The position numbers and the translations under genes were made by a program. A stretch of 64,000 nucleotides of DNA from Chiloscyllium plagiosum (Eukaryota): positions 6,307,474 to 6,371,473 of the forward strand of contig NC_057755.1 of assembly GCF_004010195.1 (NCBI RefSeq), written 5' to 3'. Of the stretch, positions 1 to 12,024 are shown in pieces. Position 1 is the stretch's first letter, and each line of letters starts with the position of its first letter. The notes under the pieces are model-generated. The model ran no database searches and was not told the DNA's origin. It saw only the letters and a list, made by a program, of their open reading frames with translations.

Positions 1-1030
1 TGCCTTCTTACTGTCTACTAACCTCCTCATTTGGTTCCCTAACCCTTGCCACATTAGATTAAACCGTTTATAATAGCGTTAGCAAAAACACCCCCTCAGC
101 CATTGGTTCCAATCCGCACCTAGGTGCAGACCATCCAATTTATATTGGTCCTACCTCCGCCAGGACCGTTCCCAATATCCCAAAAGTCTGAACCCATCCC
201 TCCTGCACCATCTCTCAAGCCACGCATTCATCCTGCCTATTCTTTAATTCCTAATCTGACTAGGTAGCAATCCTCCCACGCATTCATCCTGCCTATTCTT
301 TAATTCCTAATCTGACTAGGCAGTGGTAGCAATCCTGAAATTACTACCTCTTAGATCCTACTTTTTATCATGGCTCCTAACTCCCTAAATTCTGCTTATC
401 GGAACATACTCAGTTTTTAAACTGTATAATTGGTGCCTATTTGCACCACTACAGCTGGCTGTTCGCCCCCAACTTCAGAATGTTCTGCTGCCAATCTTAG
501 ACAACCCTGACCCGTGTACGTGGGAAAAACCATACCATTCATAAGGGTTGTTCTCTACCACAGGGCCGCCTATTTACTGCACTTACAATTAGAACCCCAA
601 TGACTGCAGCCATTCTACTTTTCTTCCCTCCCTTCTGCATTGCAGATTCAGCCACGGTGCCATGAACCAAGATACTGCTGCCTTCACCTGGTGAGCTACC
701 TCCCCAACAGTATCCAAATCGGTGTTCCTGTTTTGGCGGGGGATGATCACAGTGGACATCTGCACTGCTTTCTTGCTCTTTCTTTACCTTTTGGTCACCC
801 ATTCCCTTTCTCTCTCAGCAATCCTAATCTGCAGTGTGTCCAGTTCGCTAAATGTGCTAACCACGAACTCCTCGGCATTGTGGAATATCCAAAGTTAGTC
901 CATAGCCATCATGAAGTCTAACAAGAGCTACAGTTGGATACACTTGCTGCACGTGAAGGAATCAGGAACATCAGTCGTGTCCCTGAGCTCCCACATTGAG
1001 TAAGAGGAGCATAACATGGATCTGAGATCA
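1..1030 (-). mobile_element. Degenerate CR1 LINE 5' region (ORF1, SGNH-esterase-like)
   Basis: AAVIGVLIVSAVNRRPCG matches the VIGDSIVRGTDRRFCG segment seen in the better-preserved ORF1 copies at 10475 and 31622. Confidence 0.7.
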
Positions 1031-1847
1031 GCTCCAATTTTTGTCCTTTAGCTTATCTTAGTCTAACTATAATATCAAATAATAGGTAAACAACAAAAAG
1101 TGAAAAAAGAAAATAATTTAACAATTACATGATACAAAAACAGAATATCCTTAACTTATCAACACTCCATAGTTCATATAACTCTCATGATACATCAGAT
1201 ACATTGTTATTGTATTGTACAATACCAACTAATAATTCCCACAGATATCAGGCATCATTTCTGACTCTATAATAATGTCTGCCCTCAAGGAAAATTATGC
1301 AAAATTGAGGCAATGTTGACTGAGGTGTCTGCTCAAACTGATGTCGTTAATCAATTTCAAGCCTGAAATAATACATAACTTTAACATTAGAGGAGACAAT
1401 CTGAGAGGAGATGAATTTTCTCTCTCTCTTTCTATTTACAATATTCATTGTTTTGTTTTAAATTTTCTATTAACTATGCCGTATGCAGTTTTAATGTGAT
1501 TAATTGTTCATTCATAAGAAGACGTCCCTGAACACAAACAAATTGCTGTTGTGAATGAGACTTTAAATAACTGTAAGTTTATACTTTATTCAGGATCATG
1601 AAGAAAGCTTTTGATCCTGATCCTCATTGTTTATTGTCTTTCAGCTTTGAATTTGTTGGTGTTCGTGATCTTGTCCCAGGGCAATTTTAGCTCTAATGCT
1701 ACAGTTAACGCCACCTATTGTCCCTTGGTACATCAACTCGAACTGTGATTTTGACTGATACATATATACATGGTATCAATAACATGTAATTTTAAATAGC
1801 TTCTTGTTTCAAATCCCCGTTAGGGTTAGGCTAATCTTGCAGAAATT

Positions 1848-2275
1848 TCAATGCAGCGTACAGCCAATATTACAGACTAGTAAATAAGCTTAAAAATGAG
1901 GCCATGAAAAATACATTTGGTGTAATTTGACTTTCATATGTGTAAAATGTTTCCCATAAAACTTCATCCTTGCATAGTCAATGTAGATAAGTTAGTCAAA
2001 CTGAACGAAAACGTTGGGGTCATGAGAGAGAAGTAGATTTCTGAGAAGAACAGTCAAGCATCTGATTCTAACAAACTGTACTTCAACATGAACCAGAACC
2101 GGTAAAAAATTGGATGTGGATGCCAAAAAGCAATGTGGTCATTGACTATGCAGAGACGAAGTTTTGTGGGAAAGATTTTACACAAATGAAAGTCAAATTA
2201 CACCAAATGTATTTTTCATGGCCTCATTTTTAAGCTTATTTACTAGTCTGTAATATTGGCTGTACGCTGCATTGA
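1848..2275. repeat. 136-bp inverted repeat with a 156-bp spacer
   Basis: 1848-1983 is the reverse complement of 2140-2275. The outer ~90 bp match perfectly and the inner 46 bp have about 6 mismatches. Confidence 0.93.
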
Positions 2276-3857
2276 CCATTCCCGTTCTGACTGACCTCAG
2301 TCACGGTTTGGCTGTGCTTAGTCCCTCTCTGACTCCCCTCTGACACACTATGACTGACTATATCTGGTAGCTATATCAGAGTTCACTGTCATGGCCATTC
2401 TCTTCTGCGGTCCAGCTGCCTCTTCGAGTTTTATCCTGTCAACAACCGCTCTTTTTTTAAAAAAAGAAAATTGTATCTGTCTCCTTTCAGCACCTGCACT
2501 GCATCCTTAATTCGCAACCAATATAAGTCAGGCAGTCTTGTGTTGTAGTTTTTCATAATTCAGTCTTCAGTTTTGGTGAATCTGCATTGCTTTAACCTCT
2601 TATTCCAGGATGCAAGCCCCAGAAACACTGCAGATTTTAACAATGTATACATGTTTCAATTAGCACGATACTTTCCTGATATTAGAAAACGATTGGGTTC
2701 AGACAGTGTTTTGATGTAACTACTTAAATGCATTTCTGACAGCAGAGAAGGTCAGCTTGAAAAAGCAATACGTTCCAATTTTCCCTGAAATAACACACGT
2801 TCACGGCAGCATATGATTTCTTCACGTTGGAGTTGTGAAATGCAGAACCTGAATCAAAACAGGCCAGCGAAGACTCTGAATGCTGAGATTCATGACCTGC
2901 TGATGTAGAATGGAGGTCTCACGACTTTGGAATCATCCTTTTTCCCAGTGAATTGCCCAGACCACTTTCAAATGTAACACCATTTTGCTTTCTGTGTTTC
3001 TGCTCGCTTTCCCTTCTTTTTATTTGAACCTCCACACATCATCGATGGTAGTTATTTCATATCATTAAGGTTTAATCTTCCTCCATTTCCAAACGCCTTT
3101 TAATCACTGATAATACAACTGGAAACTCAGATTGCAATGCAGAAACTCTAAGATCAGTTTCCCTGGGGTTTGATCATGGGTGTTAGTTGGGTGAATAGAA
3201 ATCATCAGAAGTTGAGGATACTCAGTACTTCAAAGTAATTTCTGTTTCTCTTTGTTTCAGATCTCCAGCATCTGCAGTGCTGTTTCTTTTTGCCAGAAGT
3301 GTTATAGACGGATACAATTACAGCATTTACAAGACATTTGGTTAGGTATAAGAATCAGAAGTGTTTAGAGTGATATGGGTCAAGCTCAGACAATTGAGAC
3401 TGTTAGCCACTAAGAATCCTCATTAATAGCTATTCATTGCATTAGCTGCATCATTATCCACTCCTTTGTCTGTTCAAATGTTCTTCTCTCTCTCTTCGGG
3501 CTCTATCTACAACTATCATTTCCTCCTTTTCCCATTCCACACCTTATCTTCTGCATAAAATCCATTCTTTCCTCGCTATAATCTGTTTCCAGACAGGTTC
3601 CCTGGATCAAAACATTAACATTAATTTCTTTCCACAGATGCTGCCAGAGTTGCTCAGCTTTTCCAAATATTTGTTTTTGTTTCAGCTTAGAAAACCTGGA
3701 CATCGAGTTGGACTGAAGTGTCCGTTTCCAAGCTGTATAACACTATGCCTGCTCTACAATAAAATGGCATGACTGCCCTATCAATTGACACGAAGATATA
3801 TTCAATTCTCAAACACACATTAGGAAAGCCTAAGTGTTATTCATTGTCTGTCCTATG

Positions 3858-4720
3858 TTATGAGATGTTCGTTACACTGCAGGACTCGATGTCTTTCTTG
3901 TTTGCAGTGCAAAAATTGTCAGTGTCTAATGAAGCGCAATGTTCAGAGATTCCTTCCTTGGCCCTTTTCACTCTGAAAGAGCTATTTGAGGTGTCCACTG
4001 ATACTCGGATTCCCTGGCACCCTTTCGCTATCAGTTGGATTATGACCCAGCTATTTTCCTCGTTCACTCCAAGATTGAGCTCATCTATGACTTCAAACAC
4101 CTCAAAGGGCGGGATGAGGACTTCATATTCAGAGCGAGTCACTGCAAATCGACTGATTGGAACACCCAGCTTGGTGTCTATCTCAAGCAACGTGTTTCTG
4201 TGTGAGTCCCTGGCCATGAATCCCATTGCGACTGACCGATCCAAAGACGTGGAGGTGAATTGCCCCAGCCGGATGGAATCCCCCTTCGATGCTTCCAGCT
4301 CTATGTGAACACCTCGGAATGTTTTGTGTGGCTTCCTCTTTAACTTGTCCAATGCGACGGACAGGAGGTAATGGAAACATTTGAAATGGAACTTCTGCTG
4401 ATAGATGGTATCATTTGTGCCATACTGCCTGGTTGCTGCATTAAACTCCTTGTACAATGCTGACTCTTGGGTATAAGCGTAAATTGCCATGATGTGTTCC
4501 TTTCGCAGTCCGAGTGGAACTTTAGAGTGCTGCTCCACGCGCATATCTGCCTGATCCCAAATTTCGAGGAGGTCTGTTCTGTGAGCCCATTCCTGTCTGA
4601 TGTAGTCAGACGCTGCTTGATCTGCTTCAGGGTTTTGTGTGAATATATAAGCCGCAGAGTCGTGGGCCATGTTCAGTTGGACGACATTGTCAACAGGATC
4701 AACAGCTAGAATGTTTCGAA
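3858..4720 (-). CDS. ARTC-family (ecto/secreted) NAD+-arginine mono-ADP-ribosyltransferase, paralogue A, catalytic exon
   Basis: The 270-aa ORF 3858..4670 has TFRG (Arg 4314-4316), GQFTSTS (STS 4245-4253) and SEYEVLIPPFE (ExE 4122-4130), plus the ART-typical AIYAYT and FHFKxFHYLL segments. The frame stays open upstream (RNILAVDPVDNVVQLNMAHDS) to a pyrimidine-rich acceptor ttcactggcttcccag ending at 4721. Confidence 0.93.
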
Positions 4721-4794
4721 CTGGGAAGCCAGTGAAATGTTTTGATTAATTTATGTATCGCCATAACTTTTCACAAAATTGCACTATGCCAATC

Positions 4795-5095
4795 TTTATG
4801 AAATCATAATGGGAACAGATGAAGTTTTTAGACAAGATCTTTTCCCCAGCGTAGGGGAGTCCAAAGCGAGAGGGCATAGGTTTAAGGAGAGAGGGGCAAG
4901 ATTTTAAATGGTGTAAAGGGGAAAGCTTTTCATACAGAGAATTGCGTGTATGTGCAATGAACTGTCAAAGAAAGTGGTAGAGGCGGGTATCTTTACGATA
5001 TCTAACAGACATTTAGACAGGTAAATGCATAAGAGAGATTTAGAGGGATGTGGCCAAAAGGGTTTGTTTTGTGTTGCCTACCTCTATGTCTCTAT
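4795..5095 (+). mobile_element. CR1 LINE 3' end fragment
   Basis: Contains the agagggcataggtttaag segment (RGHRFK-type ORF2 C-terminus) and a tail like the other copies. Confidence 0.7.
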
Positions 5096-5414
5096 AATTT
5101 AATTCTGCCATGAAAATATTCTAAAGCTGCGTTTTTTCCCAACGATGTGAAAATGATATGCAAAGATTATACTAGATAAGAGTAGTTCTCCTTTCTGTTA
5201 AAGTGAGCATCTTCTTAATTGGACATGGTGTTGTTAGTTTAACACACAAAAGAAAATGACACTGTTGCTCGTGCCCAATTGGAAATATCCTTCTTAACCT
5301 TTTTGATATGATTAAAAAAAAATCAGGAGATACAAGCCAAGTTTATTTCTCATCAGACAAGCTGCCTCTAACAGGCATTGGTCTGGAAAATGTTCCCAAG
5401 AATTAGGAAAGCTT

Positions 5415-6780
5415 TCCCTGGTAATTTTGGGCTAGTGAGCCTTACTTCTGCTGTGGGTAAGATGTTGAAAAAGATTAGAAGAGATAGGATTTGTAATGAT
5501 ATGAAAAGGAATAATTTGATTAGGGAAAGGAAACACGGTTTTGTGAAGAGTAGGTCGTGCCTCACTAAACTTATTTAGTTCTTCGAAAAGGTGACAAAAC
5601 AGGTGGATAAAGGTAAAGCGGTTGATGTGGTGTGTATGGATTTCATTAAGGCATTTGATAAGTTTCCACACAGTTGGCTATTGTACAAAACAGAGAAATT
5701 CGGGATTGAAGGAGATTTATTGGTTTGGCTCAGAAAGTGGCTAGCTGAAAGAAGACACTGGGTGGTGGTTGATGGGAAATGTTCATCCTGGAGCTCAGTT
5801 ACCAGTGGTGTGCCGCAAGGATCTATTTTGGGGACACTGCTGTTTGTCATTTTTATAAATGATCTGGAGGTGGGCATAGAAGGATGGGTTAGTAAATTTG
5901 CGGATGACACTAAGGTAAGCAGAGTTTTGATTGGTGACGAAGCATGTTGCAGATTGACAAAGGAACATAGATAAGATGCAGAGCTGGACTGAGAAGTGGC
6001 AAATGGAATTATATGCAGAAAAGTGTGAGATAGTTCACTTTGGAAGAAGTAACAGGAATGCAGAGTACTGGGATAATGGTAAAATTCTTGGCATTGTAGA
6101 TGAACAGAGAGATGTCGATGCCCAGGTGCATAAATCCCTGAAAGTTGCCACCCAGGTTCATAGGGTTGTGAAGAAGTCATATGGTATGTTCGCGTTTACT
6201 GATGAGGGATTGAGCTTCGGAGCCACGAGGTCATGATTCAGCTATACAACACACTGGGAAGGCCGCACCAGGAGTATTGTGTGCAGTTCTGGCCACCACA
6301 TTATAGGAAAGATGGGGAAGCTTTGGAAAGGGTTCAGAGAAGATTACTACGTCGTTGTCTGGTTTGAAAGGAAGGTCGTAGAAGGACAAGACGAGGGAAT
6401 TGCGGCTATTTTCATTGGACAGAAGAAGATTGAGACATGACTTAATCGAGACTTTGAAGATGATCAGAGGGTTAGATATGGTGGACAGTGAGAGCCTTTT
6501 CCCTCGGATGGTGAAGGCTAACAAGAGGGCATATAGCTTTAAATTGATGCATGATAGATTTAGGACAGTTATCAGCGGTAGTTTCTTTAGTCAGAGAGTA
6601 TTAGAGGCGTGGAATAGCCTGACTGCAATAGTAGAATCGCCGACATTAAATGTGTGTGGGACAGACATATTAAAAATAATGGAACACTGTAGGTTAGATG
6701 GGCATCAGATTAATTTTACAGGTCGACGCAACATCAGGGGCTGAAGGGGCAGTACTGTGCTGTAACATCTATTTTCTATG
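5415..6780 (+). mobile_element. 5'-truncated CR1 LINE (RT domain, frameshifted)
   Basis: ORF fragments [39 protein letters not shown], followed by a ttctatg tail. Confidence 0.93.
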
Positions 6781-7129
6781 TAATTCTCCCAACATAGTTA
6801 TATCCTCCCATCATAGCAAAACCAATTTTCCAGATGAAGTCAGACACCTGATGTTTGTAACTTAAGTCTAGTTTCCCTACTTATGTATTAAAATTCCATA
6901 GCAATACCATAACATTCGATTAGTTTTTTCAATTGTTTGACTTACCTGCATACTAACATTTTGTGCTTGTGAAACAGGATGCATGGATCCCTCTGCAGTT
7001 CAGAGTCTCTAGTCTTTGAGAGAACATGTTCCATTGTTCATCTTCCTGTTAAAATTTCCATCTTCACCTTTTCCAACATTATACTCAATTTCCCAACCAC
7101 AACTGTACAATTATACTCTACACGATTAC

Positions 7130-7825
7130 ATGTTGACCACAAAACGCGTAGGCCTAAGTTATATGGAGACGTTGAATAGGATAAAACTTTGTTCATTGCA
7201 AAGTAGGAGAATGAGGAGTGATCTTCTTGGAGTGTATGAAATCAGAAGGGGCATAGATATGATGTATGCATATAACCTTTTTTTCAGTGGTGACGGATTG
7301 AACGACTAGACGTCATTAGTTTAAGATGAGAAGAGAAATGTTTAACAACAACTGAGGGGCAACGTCTTCTCTTAGAGTGTGATGCCTATATGGAAGGAGT
7401 TACCAGAGAATGTGGTTGAGGCAAGTACAACGCCAGAAGAAATTGAGGGCCGCAGATGCCCAAGCTCAGAGTCGAGATTGTAGTGCTGGAAAAGCACAGC
7501 AGATGAGGCAGCACCCGAAGGTTAGGAGCATCGACGTTTCGGGCAAAAGCCCTGATGAAGGCTTATGCTGGAAAGGTCGATTCTCCTGCTCCTCAGATTC
7601 TGGCTAACGTGCCGTGCATTTCCAGCCTCACACCCTCGACGCAAGTACAACACCAAATTTCAAAAAATAATTGGATAGGTACATGAATCGGTATGGTTTA
7701 GAAGAATGTGGATTAAATGTGGACAATTGGAACTTGCTGACTGGACACATACTCAGCATGGACCAATTTGGACCGAAAGGCAGATTTCCATGTCGTGTTA
7801 ATGTATGACTCTATTCTATGACTCT
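7130..7825 (+). mobile_element. CR1 3' end interrupted by a Penelope-like insertion
   Basis: SLQSRRMRSDLLGVYEI fragment and a (gactcta)-type tail near 7805-7825. Confidence 0.75.
7436..7640. mobile_element. Penelope-like terminal (pLTR) fragment, head-to-head inverted, with a 15-bp target-site duplication (TSD)
   Basis: Flanked by gcaagtacaacgcca (7421-7435) and gcaagtacaacacca (7641-7655). The two arms are inverted, with CTGATGA at 7552. Confidence 0.8.
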
Positions 7826-7949
7826 CACCCCATGAGAAAGTAAACTTTGTTCGGATGAATTGTTTTGAAATAGAATCAATGAATGACTGAATGGCTTAGC
7901 TTCATGCTCTACAGCATATGTTTTGAGAATTTAAATAGCCTCTTTCTTA

Positions 7950-10900
7950 CGCCGCCCTGTCATACTAATCTGAAGTCAATCCCACCTACATTATTCCATG
8001 TACGTCCATATGCCTGTCCAACGACGACTTAAATGAACTTAAACTTGGCGCATCTACTACCGTTGCAGGCAAAGCATTCCATACCCTTACTACTCTCTGA
8101 GTAATGAAACTACCTCTGACATCTGACTTATACCTACCTCCCCTCACTTTAAAGTTGTGTCCCCTCGTGCTTGCCGTCCCCATACTTGGAAAAAGGCTCT
8201 CCCTGACCACCCTATCTAACTCTCTGATTATCGTGTATGTCTCTTTTAAGTCATCTCTCAACCTTCTTCTTTCTAACGAGAACAACCTCAAGGCCCTCAG
8301 CCTTTCCTCGTAGGACATTCCTTCCATACCAGGCAACATCCTAGTAAATCCCCTCTGCACCCTCTCCAAAGCTTCAACATTCTTCTGATAATGCGGAACT
8401 TTACACAATACTTCAAGTGTGGGCGTACCAGACCTTTGTGCAGCTGCAGCATAACCTCCTGGTTCCGGAACTCAATCCCTCTATTAATAAAGGCCAAAAC
8501 ATTGTAAGCCTTCTTAAGAACCCTGTCAATCTGGGTGGCAACTTTCAAGGATCTGTGTACATGGACACCGAGATCTCTCTGCTCATCTGCACTCCCAAGA
8601 ATCTTACCGTTAGCCCAGTACTTTGCATTCCGATTACTCCATCCATAGTGCATCACCTCACACTTGTCCACATTAAACTCCATTTGCCACCTCTCAGCCC
8701 AGCTCTGCATCCTATCTAAATCTCTCTGCAACCTACTATCTCCTTCATCACTATCCACAACTCCACCGACCTTAGTGTCGTTCGCAAATTTACTAACCCA
8801 CCCTTCTAAGCCCTCATCCAGGTCATTTAAAAAAATGACAAACAGCAGTTGACCCAACACTGACCCTTGTGGTACGTCGCTAGTAACCGGACACCAAGAT
8901 GAACATGTTCCATCAACTACAACACTCTGTTTTCTTTCAGCAAGCAAATTACTGATCCAAATTGCTATGTCCCCCACAATCCCATTCCTCCACATTTTGT
9001 ATAATAGCCTACTGTGGGGAAACTTAACGAACGCCTTGCTGGAATCCATATACACCACATCAACCTGTTTACTCTCATCTACCCGTTTGGTCACTTTGTC
9101 AAAAACTCAATAACTTTCGTTAGGCATGACCGACCCTTCACAAAACCGTGCTGACTGTCCCTGATCCGATTATTCTTTTCGAGATGGTTATAAATCCTAT
9201 CTCTTATAACCTTTTCCAACACATTACTACCTGTTTGGTCACTTTGTCAAAAAACTCAATAACTTTCGTTAGGCATGACCTACCCTTCACAAAACCGTGC
9301 TGACTGTCCCTGATCCGATTATTCTTTTCGAGATGGTTATAAATCCTATCTCTTATAACCTTTTCCAACACATTACCGACAACTGAAGTGAGACTCACTG
9401 GTCTGTAATTACCAGGGTTGTCTCTACTACCTTTTTGAACAAGAGCACCACATTTGCTATCCTCCAGCCCTCAGGCACTATTCCTGTAGACAATGATGAT
9501 TTGAAGATCAATGCCAAAGGCTCGGCAGTCTCTTCCCTTGCTTCCTAGAGGTTCCTATAATAGATCTCATCCGGCCCTGGGGACTTGTCTATTTTCACAC
9601 TCTGCAGTATTTCTAATACCTCTTCCTTGTGAACCTCAATCTCTTCTAGTCAAGGTGCAAGTATCTCTGTATCCTCCTCGCCAACATTTTCATTTTCTAT
9701 ATTGAACACTATCGAAAAATATTTATTTAGTGCTTCCCCATCTCCTCTGATTCCACATACAACTTCCCAGTGTTATCCTTGGTTGGACCTAATGTAACTT
9801 TCGTCATTCTTTTATTCTTGACATACCTATGGAAAGCCTTAGGGTTAACCCTGATCCTATCCGCCAACAACTACTCATGTCTCCTCCTGGCTCTTCTGAG
9901 CTCTCTTTTTAGGTCTTTCCTGACTTCCTTGTAACCCTCAAACGCCCTAACTGAGTTTTCACATTTTGTCCTAACATAAGCCTTCTTCTTCTTCTTGTAC
10001 AGGGATTCCATTTCCTCAGTAAACCAGGGCTCACGCGTTCCATATCTTCCTCCCTGCCTGACAGGTACATACTTCTCTAGGACACACAGGAGCTTTTCCT
10101 TGAATAAGCTCCATGAGTTCTCTTTTTAGGTCTTTCCTGACTTCCTTGTAACCCTCAAACGCCCTAACTGAGTTTTCACATTTTGTCCTAACATAAGCCT
10201 TCTTCTTCTTCTTGTCCAGGGATTCCATTTCCTCAGTAAACCAGGGCTCACGCGTTCCATATCTTCCTCCCTGCCTGACAGGTACATACTTCTCTAGGAC
10301 ACACAGGAGCTTTTCCTTGAATAAGCTCCACATTTTTAATGTGCTCATCCCCTGCAGTTTCCTTCCCCATTCTACGCTTCCTAAATCTTTCCTAATTGCA
10401 TCGTAATTTCCCTTCCCCCAGTTCTAATTCTTGCTCGGTGGAGTACACCTATCCCTTTCCATCACTAAAGTAATTCACTCCCTGAATTTCTGCCTCAAGT
10501 CCCCATCTCTCTTCCGACCTATGTCGTTGGTGCCAATGTGGACCACGACTTGGGGCTGCTCTCCCTCCACCCGAAGGATCCCAAAAACACGATCAGAGAC
10601 ATCACGGACCCTGGCACCCAGGAGGCAACACACCAACTGTGAGTCTGTCTCGTCCCCACAGAACCTCCTATCTGTCCCGCTAACTATCGAGTCCCCAATG
10701 ACCACTTCTCTGCTCCTCTTCCCCCTTCACTTCTGAGCAGTAGGTGCCCCACTGCTTTCCCCTAGTAAGTCATTCCCCAACAGTATCCAAAACGGTATAC
10801 TTATTGTTGAGGGGAATGGCCACAGGAGATCCCTGCACTGCCTGCCAGTTCCCTAAATGTCCCCTAAATGTCACCCATCTGTCTTTTTCTTTTATTTGGG

Positions 10901-11310
10901 GAGTGACTACCTCTCTGTAAGTCCTGTCAATAACCCCCTCTACCTTCCGAATGATCCGAAGTTCATCCAACTCCAGCTCCAGTTCCATAACGCGGTTTTC
11001 GAGGAGCTAGTGTTGGGTGCACTTCCCACAGATGTAGTCAGGAGGGACACTAGTGGTGACCCTTACTTCCCACATAATGGAGGAGGAATATTCCACTGCC
11101 GTAAACTCCATTCCCACTATTCTAACTCCCGAAGTGACTACTAAAAAAAAAGGATTAGGAAAGAAACTAGTTACCTTACCTTGTCAATCTGGCTCCCACA
11201 ACTTACCTTTTAGGATAGAGGAGGATGTTGGGTGGGAGACATTACCCGAGTAGTGTCTCGGGTAACGCAACCACGCAAATATAAACTGTTGTACTTACCC
11301 TTCCTAGAAG
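7950..11310 (-). mobile_element. CR1 LINE with 5'UTR, ORF1 and ORF2, internally deleted and duplicated, inside the intron of ART-A
   Basis: ORF1 fragments VIGDSIVSGTDRRFCG, HIGTNDIG and ELELELDELR. RT fragments DVPQGSVLG and SKFANDTK. ORF1 is fused to mid-ORF2 near 10470, so most of the endonuclease is missing. Confidence 0.93.
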
Positions 11311-11590
11311 TCCTTCCTAGAGATTCTTCAGGCACACAGTAACGAATCTATTGAACTCATTGCTACAGAAGACTGTGGAGGCCAATGTTTTCAACGTGTT
11401 TAAGTGTGATGAGTTATACATGAAACGTCGACTTCTCCACCTTCTGATGCTGCCTGGACTGCTGTGTTATTCTAGCCTCCTGGTTATCTATTTTGAACGT
11501 ATTTATGACAGGGAAAGATAGGTTTTTGATTAGTGACGGGATCAAGGGTTATGGGTGACGGCAACAGAATGGGGTTGAGAAACATATTAG

Positions 11591-11717
11591 GAGAAAGTGA
11601 GGACTGAAGCTGCTGGAGATCAAAATCGAAAAGTGTGGTGCTGGAAAAATACAGCAGGTCAACCAGCATCCTTGAGCAGGAGAATGGACGTCTCCGTCAT
11701 AAACTCTTCATCAGAAT
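11591..11717. mobile_element. Penelope-like terminal fragment with an 8-bp TSD, inserted in a CR1 3' relic (about 11330-11780)
   Basis: catattag at 11583-11590 and 11718-11725. The insert begins gagaaagtgaggactg, like the copies at 7436, 23457 and 34655. Confidence 0.78.
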
Positions 11718-11978
11718 CATATTAGCCTTGGTGGAGCATACTTGAATGGTGGATTGGCTTAATTATTTTCCGATATCTTATGAGCAATGCACATAATGAT
11801 TTCATACACTCCTCGGGCAATAATTGCTGGAAACTGAATGAGCTCCTCTATTCCAAACTTTACACAATACACAAATCACAAAAAACATGAGTGCTTTGCT
11901 TAAAATATCATCACCAAATGAATGACTTTTGGAAACTCACTTCAATGAGTTTTGTTCTGACACAGTGAAAACACTTAC

Positions 11979-12024
11979 TTTTAAAATGAGAAAGGAACAG
12001 CACTATGTAAACCAACAGTTGCAT
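11979..12024 (-). CDS. Signal-peptide exon of ART paralogue A (MQLLVYIVLFLSHFK, plus 1 nt)
   Basis: ATG at 12024 with a purine at -3, then 46 nt and a GTAAGT donor (11978-11973). Phase 1 joins in frame to the acceptor at 4720, giving MQLLVYIVLFLSHFK-I-RNILAVDPVD (302 aa in total). It is homologous to the exon at 48439-48484. Confidence 0.82.

Noticed and set aside
1030..3850. Search for a GPI-signal exon of ART-A or the leader exon of a third paralogue
   Set aside because: No convincing hydrophobic terminal exon or MQLL-type 46-nt exon found by eye; it cannot be excluded without transcript data.
3769..4308. 179-aa plus-strand ORF (and 29779..30129)
   Set aside because: Antisense shadows of the ART exons with no independent features.
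11935..11940. Alternative donor GTGAGT 38 nt downstream of the ART-A leader donor
   Set aside because: It is phase 0, so splicing to 4720 gives FETF followed by a stop. It cannot produce the ART protein.
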